Shown in pieces: positions 22,632 through 31,486 of a stretch of DNA of 64,000 nucleotides (within the stretch, counting starts at the first letter, position 1; each line of letters begins with the position of its first letter). The stretch lies in the NCBI GenBank assembly GCA_963770875.1, contig CAVYRE010000006.1, positions 329,619 to 393,618 on the forward strand. The letters are read 5' to 3'. The notes below the pieces were generated by a model, which made no database searches, was not told where the DNA came from, and saw only the letters and a program-made list of their open reading frames with translations. This DNA comes from an uncultured Chloroflexia bacterium. GTDB taxonomy: Bacteria > Chloroflexota > Limnocylindria > QHBO01. The position numbers were made by a program, and so were the translations under genes.

Positions 22632-23552
22632 TCAGGCTCGCCAGAGCCGGGTCAGCGACCCGATCGCCACGATCAGGCCGGAGAGCAGGAAGATGATCCC
22701 GCCCGGCGATAGGCCGCGCAGGATCTGCACGAGGTCTCGGGCAGGCCCGCCGAGGAGCTCCACGACCAGGAACAGGGCGGCCAGGCCGAGCCCCCAGGCC
22801 AGCGCCACGGCCAGCCCAGCGCGCTGGATCGCGCCGGGCGCCGGGCGCACGAACCCGGCCACGGCGAGCGCCAGGAGGACGAGCAGGAGGACCGGGATCG
22901 GGGCGGCCAGGCCGAAGTACGCGGCATCGGTCAGGGACCCGGCAGGATAGCCGAGCCAGAACGAGGTCCCATAGCCGCCAGGGGCTCCGAACGAGCGGTC
23001 CCACAGGGAGGCGCCACCGAAGGCGAAGGGGAGGAGCCACGCGGTCAGCATCCCGGCCGCGCCGATCAGCAGCACGACCGGGCCGAGGACCGCCCGGCGG
23101 GGAGCGGCCTCGCGAGCGGCGCGAGCCTCGAGCACTCCCGGATCGGGCGGGCGAAGGTTGGCGCCGCAGCTCTGGCAGAAGGCCACCCCGGCGCGGTTGT
23201 GCGTGCCGCAGCGCGGGCAGGCCTGCGTCCCGTCCGGCGAGGCTGGACGCTCCACCGCCGCCGGAGCGCCGGGCGCCATCAGTCGCTGGCCGCAGCTGCG
23301 GCAGAAGGCGATTCCCGGCCGGTTGTCGGTGCCGCAGCGCGGGCAGCGGGTTCCCTCCCCCAGCGGCGTCGCGGGCACGGCGTGCGCCGGAATCGCGTCG
23401 GGGGGAGGGGCAGGAGGCGGCGGGACGACCCACGCCTCGGCGTCGCTCGGCGGCCGGGCTGGGGCCTCCGACTCGGGTGGGTTCGGGGCGGCGGGTTCGT
23501 CCGGGGGCTGGTCGGCAGCGGCGCCGGCGGGATCTCGCTCGTCTTCCGTCAT
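22632..23552 (-). CDS. Protein with two N-terminal zinc ribbons and C-terminal transmembrane segments
   Basis: ATG at 23552 (MTEDERDP…), with GGAGG 14 nt upstream. [19 protein letters not shown] and [19 protein letters not shown], then hydrophobic helices. Confidence 0.55.
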   Translation of the reverse strand: MTEDERDPAGAAADQPPDEPAAPNPPESEAPARPPSDAEAWVVPPPPAPPPDAIPAHAVPATPLGEGTRCPRCGTDNRPGIAFCRSCGQRLMAPGAPAAVERPASPDGTQACPRCGTHNRAGVAFCQSCGANLRPPDPGVLEARAAREAAPRRAVLGPVVLLIGAAGMLTAWLLPFAFGGASLWDRSFGAPGGYGTSFWLGYPAGSLTDAAYFGLAAPIPVLLLVLLALAVAGFVRPAPGAIQRAGLAVALAWGLGLAALFLVVELLGGPARDLVQILRGLSPGGIIFLLSGLIVAIGSLTRLWRA

Positions 23553-23595
23553 CGGGGCGATGAACCTCCACCACGACCGCTTCGGAGGCCCTCGA

Positions 23596-24324
23596 TCATA
23601 GCCGACGCTCGGCAAGCGCCGGCTGCGCGACGAGCCATGCCTCGAGCGAGCGGAGGAGGCGCAGGCCGTCGGTGCCGCCCACCTCGACCTCCGCCGCACG
23701 CTCCGGATGCGGCATCAGGCCCAGCACGTTGCCGCGTTCGTTGACGATCCCGGCGATCGATCGCAGCGATCCGTTGGGATTGGCGGCCGCGACGATCGCC
23801 CCGGAGGCATCGGCATAGCGGAGGACCACCCGCCCGCTCGCCTCGAGATCGTCGAGGACCGCGGCGTCCGCGTAGTACCTGCCCTCCCCGTGGGAGATCG
23901 GCAGCGAGATCGTCTCGCCCGCGGCCAGGCCGGCCAGCCACGGCCCGACGGCGCGCTCGACGCGCAGCGGCTGCCAGTCGCAGCGGAACTCGAGGTGGTC
24001 GTTTCGCAGCAGGACGCCCGGCAGGATGCCGGCCTCGGTCAGCACCTGGAACCCGTTGCAGGAGCCGAGCACCGCTCCCCCCGCGGCCGCGAACGACTCC
24101 ACCGAGCGCATCACCGGCGAGAAGCGGGCGATGGCGCCGGTGCGCAGGTAGTCGCCGTGGGCGAAGCCGCCTGGCAGCACCACCGCGTCTGGGTCGCCGA
24201 GGTCGGTGTCGAGGTGCCAGACGAGGCGCGCCTCCCAGTCGAGCAGGCCGGCCACGTGCATGAAGTCGCGGTCGCTCCAGGTTCCCGGGAAGACGACCAC
24301 CGCGACCCGCGGCCCTCGGCTCAC
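23596..24324 (-). CDS. purQ: Phosphoribosylformylglycinamidine synthase glutaminase subunit
   Basis: GTG start overlaps the purS stop (GTGA). VAVVVFPGTWSDRD, catalytic GSCNGFQ and HPER motifs. Confidence 0.85.
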   Translation of the reverse strand: MSRGPRVAVVVFPGTWSDRDFMHVAGLLDWEARLVWHLDTDLGDPDAVVLPGGFAHGDYLRTGAIARFSPVMRSVESFAAAGGAVLGSCNGFQVLTEAGILPGVLLRNDHLEFRCDWQPLRVERAVGPWLAGLAAGETISLPISHGEGRYYADAAVLDDLEASGRVVLRYADASGAIVAAANPNGSLRSIAGIVNERGNVLGLMPHPERAAEVEVGGTDGLRLLRSLEAWLVAQPALAERRL

Positions 24325-24602
24325 GCCCCGGCCCCGACCGCCGCAGCCTCGTCCGAGCGCAGCTCCCAGTCGGCCGTCTCCATCACCGGGTTGGCCAGCA
24401 GTCGCCGGCACATCTCGGCCACGGCGGCCTCGGCCGAGGTTCGGTCCTGCGCCTCGAAGGCGAGGCGCAGGAGCTTTCCGGCGCGCACGTCGCTCACCGT
24501 CTCGAAGCCGAGCGAGCGGAGCCCCCCGGCGATGGTCTGTCCCTCCGGGTCGGCGATCCCCGGTCGCAGCCGGACGTGCACCTCCGCCTGCCAGCGCATC
24601 AC
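24321..24602 (-). CDS. purS: FGAM synthase PurS subunit
   Basis: 93 aa. Lies between purC and purQ. Confidence 0.8.
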   Translation of the reverse strand: MMRWQAEVHVRLRPGIADPEGQTIAGGLRSLGFETVSDVRAGKLLRLAFEAQDRTSAEAAVAEMCRRLLANPVMETADWELRSDEAAAVGAGA

Positions 24603-25498
24603 TCCGATGCCTCCAGGGCGTTCCAGGCGGTGCCGGTCAGCCGCTCGAAGGCGGTGACGTACCGCTCACGGGTGCCGGCAATCACCTCGTCGGGGAGGCG
24701 CGGAGCGGGCGGCTCCCTGTTCCAGCCCGATGCCGAGACGAAGTCGCGGACGTACTGCTTGTCGAACGACGGTGGGCTCGCGCCGGGGGCGTACAGGTCC
24801 GCGTCCCAGAAGCGGCTCGAGTCGGGGGTCAGCAGCTCGTCGATGAGCGCCACCTCCCCGTCGATCCAGCCGAACTCGAACTTCGTGTCGGCCAGGATCA
24901 GGCCCACCTCCGCGGCGCGCTCGGCCCCGGCGCGGTAGAGGGCCAGCGAGCGCTCCTCCAGCTCGCGTGCCAGCTCGGCGCCGACCATCGCGGCCAGCTG
25001 GTCGCGCGTGATGTTCTCGTCGTGCCCCACCTCGGCCTTGGTGGACGGCGTGAAGATCGGCTCCGGCAGCCGATCTGCCTCGCGCAGGCCGGCCGGCAGA
25101 CGATGCCCGACCACCAGGCCGTCGCGCCGGTACTCGGCCCAGCCGGAGCCCGCCAGGTAGCCGCGCACCACGCACTCCGCGTCGATTCGCTGCGCCCGGC
25201 GCGCCAGCGTCACGCGGCCGGCCAGCTCCGGGGTGCGCGCCGCCTCCGGCAGGTCCAGGGCCGCGGCCGACAGGAAGTGGTTCGGCCCCAGCGCCGCCAG
25301 GCGCTCGAACCAGAAGGCGGAGAGGGCGGTCAGCAGCCTCCCCTTGTCGGGGATCGGCTGGTCGAAGACGACGTCGAAGGCGGAGAGCCGGTCGGTCGCC
25401 ACAAGGAGCAGCCGGTCGTCGCCGATGGCATACGTCTCGCGCACCTTCCCACGGTGCAGCAGCTCCAGGCCCGGGATGGTCGATTGCGTCAGCGTCAT
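24599..25498 (-). CDS. purC: SAICAR synthetase
   Basis: ATG at 25498 (MTLTQSTIPGLELLHRGKVRETY…). ATDRLSAFD motif. The upstream 195 codons of the track ORF are junk. Confidence 0.9.
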   Translation of the reverse strand: MTLTQSTIPGLELLHRGKVRETYAIGDDRLLLVATDRLSAFDVVFDQPIPDKGRLLTALSAFWFERLAALGPNHFLSAAALDLPEAARTPELAGRVTLARRAQRIDAECVVRGYLAGSGWAEYRRDGLVVGHRLPAGLREADRLPEPIFTPSTKAEVGHDENITRDQLAAMVGAELARELEERSLALYRAGAERAAEVGLILADTKFEFGWIDGEVALIDELLTPDSSRFWDADLYAPGASPPSFDKQYVRDFVSASGWNREPPAPRLPDEVIAGTRERYVTAFERLTGTAWNALEASE

Positions 25499-25992
25499 GG
25501 CAGGTTGTCGGGCTCGTCGCCCGGGTCGAGCTGGATGGTGCGCTCGGCGATGCCGAACCACCTGCGCAGGAGCCCCTCGACCCCCTCCAGCAGCGCGAGC
25601 ACGACCACGATCAGCACCGCGCCGACGACTGCCAGCACCAGCAGCCCGGCGCCCGCCGCCATCCCGACCGCGGCCGCCGACCAGAGCGACGCCGCGGTGG
25701 TCAGCCCGCGGATGCTGCCGCGGTGGTGAAGGATCGTGCCGGCCCCCAGGAAGCCGATGCCCGACACGATCTGGGCGGCGATCCGGGTAGGGTCGACGAT
25801 CGGGCCGGAGAAGCCGTAGGCCGAGATGACGGTGAAGAGGGCCGATCCGAGCGCCACCAGGGCATGGGTCCGGAAGCCCGCCGGCTGGCGGTCCATTTCG
25901 CGCTCGAAGCCGATCGCCGCCCCGAGCACGAGCGCGATGCTCAACCGAGCGACCAGCTCCAGCTGCAGGTTGACGGTGAGATCGGGGGTCAC
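25495..25992 (-). CDS. MgtC/SapB-family small membrane protein
   Basis: GTG at 25992. LGAAIGFERE motif, four transmembrane segments. ATGA overlap with the purC start. Confidence 0.6.
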   Translation of the reverse strand: MTPDLTVNLQLELVARLSIALVLGAAIGFEREMDRQPAGFRTHALVALGSALFTVISAYGFSGPIVDPTRIAAQIVSGIGFLGAGTILHHRGSIRGLTTAASLWSAAAVGMAAGAGLLVLAVVGAVLIVVVLALLEGVEGLLRRWFGIAERTIQLDPGDEPDNLP

Positions 25993-26909
25993 GGATTGGC
26001 CTCCTGAAGCATCGGCCGCGAGCCCTCGCCGGCGTGCCCCAGCTCGAGCGACCACCACCCCGAGACCAAGGCGTGGAGCGCACCGAAGGCCAGCACGAGG
26101 GCGAGCCAGGCCGCCACGAAGCCTACCAGCAGGAGGAGCGCCCGCGAGCTGCCGAGCCGCCCGCCGGCAAGCTCCACCTGGATCGGTGCCCAGAGCTGGC
26201 GGAGCAGGACGGTCGCCAGGGTGAGCGCCCCCAGGGCGACCAGCGTCGACACCATCGCGGTGCCGAGGCGCCGCAGCGGGCGAGCCAGGAGGTCGATCAG
26301 GGCGCCACGCAACGCGGCGCCGACGGGGACCGCCCCCGCTCCCACGGCCCGCCGCAGGGCCGTGGCCCCGAACGCCTGCCCGATCAGGACGAAGGCGACC
26401 AGTGCCACGACGAGCGGGACGAGGTGCCCCAGGATGCGCAGCGCGAGCGGCCCGCCGATGTCCGGCGCTCCGAATTCGGCCGGCGCCACCGCCGCGATGC
26501 CGCTGATCAGGGCCGTGGCGACGGCCACCACCGGCAGCCAGGCGATGAGCAGCACGCTGAAGGCTGCCTCGGTCTCGCGCGTCAGCGAGCGGCCCGGGGT
26601 GCCGTGGCCCGCGGCGCGGAGCAGCGCCGCCTCGGCAAGCCCGGCGAGCAGGCAGGCGCCCAGCACGATGAGCGTCGCCATGCCCGCCAGGAGCAGGACG
26701 TTCCATGGATAGAGGCTCGAGCTGAGCAGGCCGGCCCCCAGGAAGGCGAGGTCGCTGGCCCGGGGCAGCTCCGCCACGGTCAGCACCAGCGGCAGCCAGC
26801 CCAGGGAGATGACCGAACCGAGCGAGGCGGCCAGCCACAGGTCGGGACGTTCAATGGCCGCGCCCGACGCCGCGCCCGCGTTCCTCAGCCAGCCCCCGAA
26901 CGGGTTCAC
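25989..26909 (-). CDS. Polytopic membrane protein, unknown function
   Basis: 306 aa with about 8 hydrophobic helices. Sits between purB and the mgtC-like gene with 4-nt overlaps on both sides. Confidence 0.5.
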   Translation of the reverse strand: MNPFGGWLRNAGAASGAAIERPDLWLAASLGSVISLGWLPLVLTVAELPRASDLAFLGAGLLSSSLYPWNVLLLAGMATLIVLGACLLAGLAEAALLRAAGHGTPGRSLTRETEAAFSVLLIAWLPVVAVATALISGIAAVAPAEFGAPDIGGPLALRILGHLVPLVVALVAFVLIGQAFGATALRRAVGAGAVPVGAALRGALIDLLARPLRRLGTAMVSTLVALGALTLATVLLRQLWAPIQVELAGGRLGSSRALLLLVGFVAAWLALVLAFGALHALVSGWWSLELGHAGEGSRPMLQEANP

Positions 26910-28225
26910 GATGCCGGGCGCCCCGCGTCGTCGAGCCCGAGCGCCCGGTAGGTCGCCTCGATCCCGGCCAGGTGATGGTCGAGGTCCATTGCCCGCTCGA
27001 CCTCGTCCCGGCCCAGCCAGCGCGAGACGCCGCCATCGGCAAGCACCTCGGCGCGGAAGGTCCCTTCACCGCCCCACGCGCGCCTGGCGGCGCCCTGGAC
27101 GAGCCGGTACGCCTCCTGGCGATCGGCGCCCTTGGCCACCATCGCCAGCAGGAGCGCCTCGGAGAAGACCATCCCGCCCAGCAGCTCGAGGTTACGGGCC
27201 ATGCGTGCGGCGTCGACCTCCAGTCCCTGGATGATCCCGGCCAGGGAGCGAGTCGCGTACGCCGCCACCCCCAGCGCGCGCTCGAAGACGAAGCGCTCGG
27301 CGCTCGAGTGGCTGATGTCGCGCTCGTGCCAGAGGGCCATGTTCTCGAGGCCGACCAGCGCATCGGCGCGGAGGAGGCGGGTCAGGCCGGTGATCCGCTC
27401 GGCGAGGACCGGGTTGCGCTTGTGGGGCATCGCGCTGCTCCCCTGCTGCCCGGCGCCGAACGGCTCGAACGCCTCCCCCACCTCGGTGCGCTGGAGGTGG
27501 CGCAGCTCCACCGAGATCCGCTCGAGGGTGCCGCCCAGGATGGCGAGCGCGGCGAGCAGCTCGGCATGGCGATCGCGGCTCACCACCTGGGTCGCGGCGG
27601 GGTCGGGGACGAGGCCCAGCGACTCGCACACGAAGCGCTCCACCTCGACCCCCAGGTGGGCATGCGTACCGACCGCGCCCGAGACCTTGCCGACGGCGAT
27701 CCCCTCCCGCGCCCGCCCCAGGCGCACCTGGTCGCGCCCCACCTCCGCCAGCCAGCCGGCCACCTTGAAGCCGAAGGTGATCGGCTCCGCGTGGATGCCG
27801 TGGCTGCGACCGACCATCGGCGTCGACCGATGCTCCACCGCCATCTCGCGCAGCGCCTCCGCCAGCTGGCCAGCTCGCCCTCGACGAACGCGCGTCGCGT
27901 CGCGCAGGACGACGGCGGTGGCGGTGTCGAGCAGGTCCGAGCTGGTCAGGCCGTAGTGCAGCCATCGCCCCTCGGGTCCGAGCCGCTCGGTGACCGCGCG
28001 CAGGAAGGCGATCACGTCGTGCTGCGACTCCTGCTCGATCTCGTGGGCGCGCTGCGCGTCGACATCGGCGGCCGCGTCGCGGATCCGCTCCCAGTCCGCG
28101 TCCGGCACGACGCCGGCCGCGTGCATCGCCTCGGTGGCGAGCAGCTCGATCCGCAGCCAGAGCTCGAGCTTGTGGCGCTCGCTGAAGAGCTCGGTCAGCT
28201 CGGGGAGCGCGTAGCGATCGATCAT
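26906..28225 (-). CDS. purB: Adenylosuccinate lyase
   Basis: ATG at 28225 ([10 protein letters not shown]…). [14 protein letters not shown] and [10 protein letters not shown] motifs. Confidence 0.9.
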   Translation of the reverse strand: MIDRYALPELTELFSERHKLELWLRIELLATEAMHAAGVVPDADWERIRDAAADVDAQRAHEIEQESQHDVIAFLRAVTERLGPEGRWLHYGLTSSDLLDTATAVVLRDATRVRRGRAGQLAEALREMAVEHRSTPMVGRSHGIHAEPITFGFKVAGWLAEVGRDQVRLGRAREGIAVGKVSGAVGTHAHLGVEVERFVCESLGLVPDPAATQVVSRDRHAELLAALAILGGTLERISVELRHLQRTEVGEAFEPFGAGQQGSSAMPHKRNPVLAERITGLTRLLRADALVGLENMALWHERDISHSSAERFVFERALGVAAYATRSLAGIIQGLEVDAARMARNLELLGGMVFSEALLLAMVAKGADRQEAYRLVQGAARRAWGGEGTFRAEVLADGGVSRWLGRDEVERAMDLDHHLAGIEATYRALGLDDAGRPAS

Positions 28226-28737
28226 GGGCGAGGCGTCGCTGGCCCGGCGCGCGGGTCGATCGCGACCTCGGCGGCCCCGGCCAGCTCTTCCCGGACAGCG
28301 TCCACGCGGGCTGCGAGGGCAGGGTCCGCGAGCGCCAGGATGCGGGCGGCCAGGTGCGCCGCGTTGCGCGCTCCGGCCGAGCCGATGGCGACCGCCGCGA
28401 CCGGCACCCCCGGCGGCATCTGGACGATGCTGTAGAGGGCGTCGGCGCCGCCGAGCACGCCGGCGTCGAGGGGGATGCCGATCACCGGCCGCGCCGTCAT
28501 CGAGGCGAGCACGCCCGGCAGATGAGCGGCCATCCCCGCCGCGCCCACGAAGAGGCGCACGCCACGCGCCTCGGCGTCGCGCACGTAGCTGGCGAGCGCG
28601 GCAGGCTGGCGGTGCGCGCTGATCACGCTCGCCTCCCACGGGATCGCGTAGCGGTCGAGGGTGTCGAAGCAGCCGCTCAGGGCGGAGAGGTCGGAGCGGG
28701 AGCCGCAGATGACGGCGACCAGGGGCACGGGGGTCAT
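28222..28737 (-). CDS. purE: N5-CAIR mutase
   Basis: 171 aa. VICGSRSDL and FVGAAGMAAHLPGV motifs. Confidence 0.85.
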   Translation of the reverse strand: MTPVPLVAVICGSRSDLSALSGCFDTLDRYAIPWEASVISAHRQPAALASYVRDAEARGVRLFVGAAGMAAHLPGVLASMTARPVIGIPLDAGVLGGADALYSIVQMPPGVPVAAVAIGSAGARNAAHLAARILALADPALAARVDAVREELAGAAEVAIDPRAGPATPRP

Positions 28738-28800
28738 CGGTCCTAGGATACCCGCAGGCGACCGGCCGCCGGCCGAGCGCGGCGAGTCTGGAGGAATGCC

Positions 28801-29274
28801 ATGTCGAAAGGTCTGCAGCGAAGGCCCGAGCCACGTGCGCCATCACCCGTGAACAGGGCGCTGGTCGATGACGCGCCGATCGGCGCGCGGATCGCCGACG
28901 CGGTGACCGGGTTCATGGGCAGCTGGCGCTTCCTGATCCTCCAGACCGTGCTCGTCGCGGCCTGGCTGGGCGGCAACATCTACCTGCTCAGCAAGCCGTT
29001 CGACCCCTACCCGTTCATCCTGCTCAACCTCGCCTTCTCGACCCAGGCCGCATATGCCGCGCCGCTCATCCTCCTCGCCGGCAACCGATCCGCGCAGCGC
29101 GACCGGCTGACCCTGGAGCACGCCGCCGACGAGACCGACGTGGCGGAGCAGCAGAACGAGAAGCTGCTGACCGGCAACACGGAGATCCTCAAGCACGTCG
29201 TGGCGCTCGAGGAGCGGATCCTCCAGCTCGAGCAGCGGATCGTCGCCTCGCTCGACCCCCCGGCGAAGGGCTAG
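28801..29274 (+). CDS. DUF1003-family membrane protein
   Basis: 157 aa. FILLNLAFSTQAAYAAPLILLAGNRSAQRD signature. Confidence 0.65.
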   Translation: MSKGLQRRPEPRAPSPVNRALVDDAPIGARIADAVTGFMGSWRFLILQTVLVAAWLGGNIYLLSKPFDPYPFILLNLAFSTQAAYAAPLILLAGNRSAQRDRLTLEHAADETDVAEQQNEKLLTGNTEILKHVVALEERILQLEQRIVASLDPPAKG

Positions 29275-30212
29275 CGGCCGGCCAGGCGCTCCACCAGCGG
29301 ATCGAGCGGACCGAGCTCGCCGACCATGATCGAGCTGATCCCGAGCCCCTCGCGCATCGCGATGAACTTCTCCTCGAGCCGGTCGAGCGAGCCGATGAAC
29401 ATCTGCGGCGAGTCGAGCACCTCGTCCTCGGTGAGGCGAACCCCGGTGCCTGCCGCCAGCTCGTCGACCACGCGGCTCGCCTCGCCGCGCGCGTCCTCGA
29501 CGACGGTGACCGGCACCCCCGACGGGTAGACGTTGAGGCGGAGCCCGTCGAACCGATCGCCGGCGGCCTCGCGGACCCAGGCGATCTTCTCCTCGGTCGC
29601 CTCCCAGGTGAGGCTGCGCGGGTCACGCCGGGAGCTCGGCCCGACCCGCGGGGCGAGCCCCACGATCTGCGCCTCCCGCGCGGCGAGCGTCAGCGTGCGC
29701 CGTCCGCCGCCCCCGATCAGGAACGGAGGGTGCGGCCGCTGGACCGGCGCCGGGCCGCCGTCGTGGTCGGTGATCCGGTAGTACCGCCCCGAGAAGCTGA
29801 ACGGACCGTCGGCGAAGCAGCCCTTCAGCACGGCGACCGCCTCGGCGAGCCGCTCGGACCGGATCGACGGGGGCTCGAAGGCGATCCCGACCGACCTGTA
29901 CTCGACCTCGTTCCAGCCGGCGCCGATGGCGACGTCCAGACGCCCCTCGCTCAGCACGTCAAGCGACGCGAGATCCTGGGCCAGCACGGCCGGATGGCGC
30001 AGGTCGTTGTTGAAGACGAAGGCGCCGATCCGCAGCCGCTCGGTGGCGGCGGCGATGACCGCCATGGTCGGGACCGGCGAGAGCTGGTCGAGGACGTGGT
30101 CGGGGATCACGAGCGCGTGGTAGCCGAGCGCTTCGGCCCGGCGAGCCCGCTCCCCGAGCTCGCGCGCCGAGATCGGGTCGCGCGACTCGGCCAGGAATTC
30201 GAACGGCTTCAT
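29271..30212 (-). CDS. Luciferase-like monooxygenase (LLM)-class, probably F420-dependent oxidoreductase
   Basis: 313 aa TIM-barrel LLM family (LGYHALVIPDHV … RLDVAIGAGW). 4-nt overlap with purD. Confidence 0.7.
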   Translation of the reverse strand: MKPFEFLAESRDPISARELGERARRAEALGYHALVIPDHVLDQLSPVPTMAVIAAATERLRIGAFVFNNDLRHPAVLAQDLASLDVLSEGRLDVAIGAGWNEVEYRSVGIAFEPPSIRSERLAEAVAVLKGCFADGPFSFSGRYYRITDHDGGPAPVQRPHPPFLIGGGGRRTLTLAAREAQIVGLAPRVGPSSRRDPRSLTWEATEEKIAWVREAAGDRFDGLRLNVYPSGVPVTVVEDARGEASRVVDELAAGTGVRLTEDEVLDSPQMFIGSLDRLEEKFIAMREGLGISSIMVGELGPLDPLVERLAGR

Positions 30213-31486
30213 GGCGTGACCTCGCGCAGGGCGATATCGGTCCGGTGCTGAGCCCCCTCGAGACCGATGCCGGTGACTCCTTCGTACGCTCGAGCCCGCG
30301 CGGCCGGCAGGTCGGCCCCCAGCCCGACGACGGTCACGACCCGCCCGCCCGATGACACGTACCCGCCGGCGCTGGCTGCCGTCCCGGCGTGGAAGATCAG
30401 CAGGGGGCCGGCGTCGCTCGCGCCCGATGGCTCGGCACCGGTCAACGGACGCCCCAGCGTTGGGGCCTCCGGGTAGCCATCGGAGGCAACCACCACGCCC
30501 ACGGCGGCTCCAACGCCGAGGCCAAGCGACCCTTCCATTGCGCCACGGTCGCCCGATGCGGTGCCGAGCAATGCCGCCGCCAGGTCTCCCTCGAGCAGTG
30601 GCAGGAGGACCTGTGCCTCCGGATCGCCGAACCGAGCGTTGAACTCCAGGACCATCGGGCCGCCCTCGGTCAGCATCAAACCGGCGTACAGCACGCCGCG
30701 GTACGGGGTCCCGTCGCGGGCCATCCGCCAGGCGATCGGCTCGAAGATGGTGCCGACCGCACGCTCCACGTCAGCCTGCCCGAACCAGGGCACCGGGGCG
30801 TAGCCCCCCATGCCTCCCGTGTTCGGCCCCTCGTCGCCGTCGCGCAGCCGCTTGTAGTCGCAGGCGGCACCGAACGGCACCACCGACTCGTCCGAGACCA
30901 GGGCGAAGACCGATACCTCGCGCCCGCTCAGTCGCTCCTCGAGCAGAACCCGCGCGCCGCTGGGTGCGTCGAGGAAGAGTTGACGGATGGCGGCCTCTGC
31001 GGCCTCGGTCGTGTCCGGCAAGACAACCCCCTTGCCAGCCGCCAGCCAATCGGCCTTGACCACAGGCGGTCGCTCGGCCGCTCGGGCGTGGGCCACCGCC
31101 TCCTCCACGTCGTCGAAGACTGCGCTGGCCGCCGTCGGCACGCCGGCTCGGCGAAGCTGCTCCTTGGCGAACGCCTTGCTCGATTCGAGGCGCGCCGCCG
31201 CTCGCGACGGGCCGAAGACGGGGATTGAGACCGCATGCAGAGCGTCTGCCACGCCCGCCGCCAACGGGTCCTCTGGACCGATCACGACAAGGTCGTAACG
31301 CTCGCGTGCGGCGTGCCGGGCGACGGCCGCCGGATCGTTGATCGGGAGCCCTTCGACCGCCTCGGCCACGGCCGCGGTTCCTGCATTTCCGGGAGCAATG
31401 CAGACCTGCTCGACGGACTCGTCGCGTGCCAGTCGCCAGGCCAGCGCGTGCCCGCGCCCGCCGCCGCCCAGGACCAGGACCCGCAT
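30209..31486 (-). CDS. purD: Phosphoribosylamine-glycine ligase
   Basis: 425 aa. MRVLVLGGGGRGHALAW and ATP-grasp motifs. Confidence 0.9.
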   Translation of the reverse strand: MRVLVLGGGGRGHALAWRLARDESVEQVCIAPGNAGTAAVAEAVEGLPINDPAAVARHAARERYDLVVIGPEDPLAAGVADALHAVSIPVFGPSRAAARLESSKAFAKEQLRRAGVPTAASAVFDDVEEAVAHARAAERPPVVKADWLAAGKGVVLPDTTEAAEAAIRQLFLDAPSGARVLLEERLSGREVSVFALVSDESVVPFGAACDYKRLRDGDEGPNTGGMGGYAPVPWFGQADVERAVGTIFEPIAWRMARDGTPYRGVLYAGLMLTEGGPMVLEFNARFGDPEAQVLLPLLEGDLAAALLGTASGDRGAMEGSLGLGVGAAVGVVVASDGYPEAPTLGRPLTGAEPSGASDAGPLLIFHAGTAASAGGYVSSGGRVVTVVGLGADLPAARARAYEGVTGIGLEGAQHRTDIALREVTP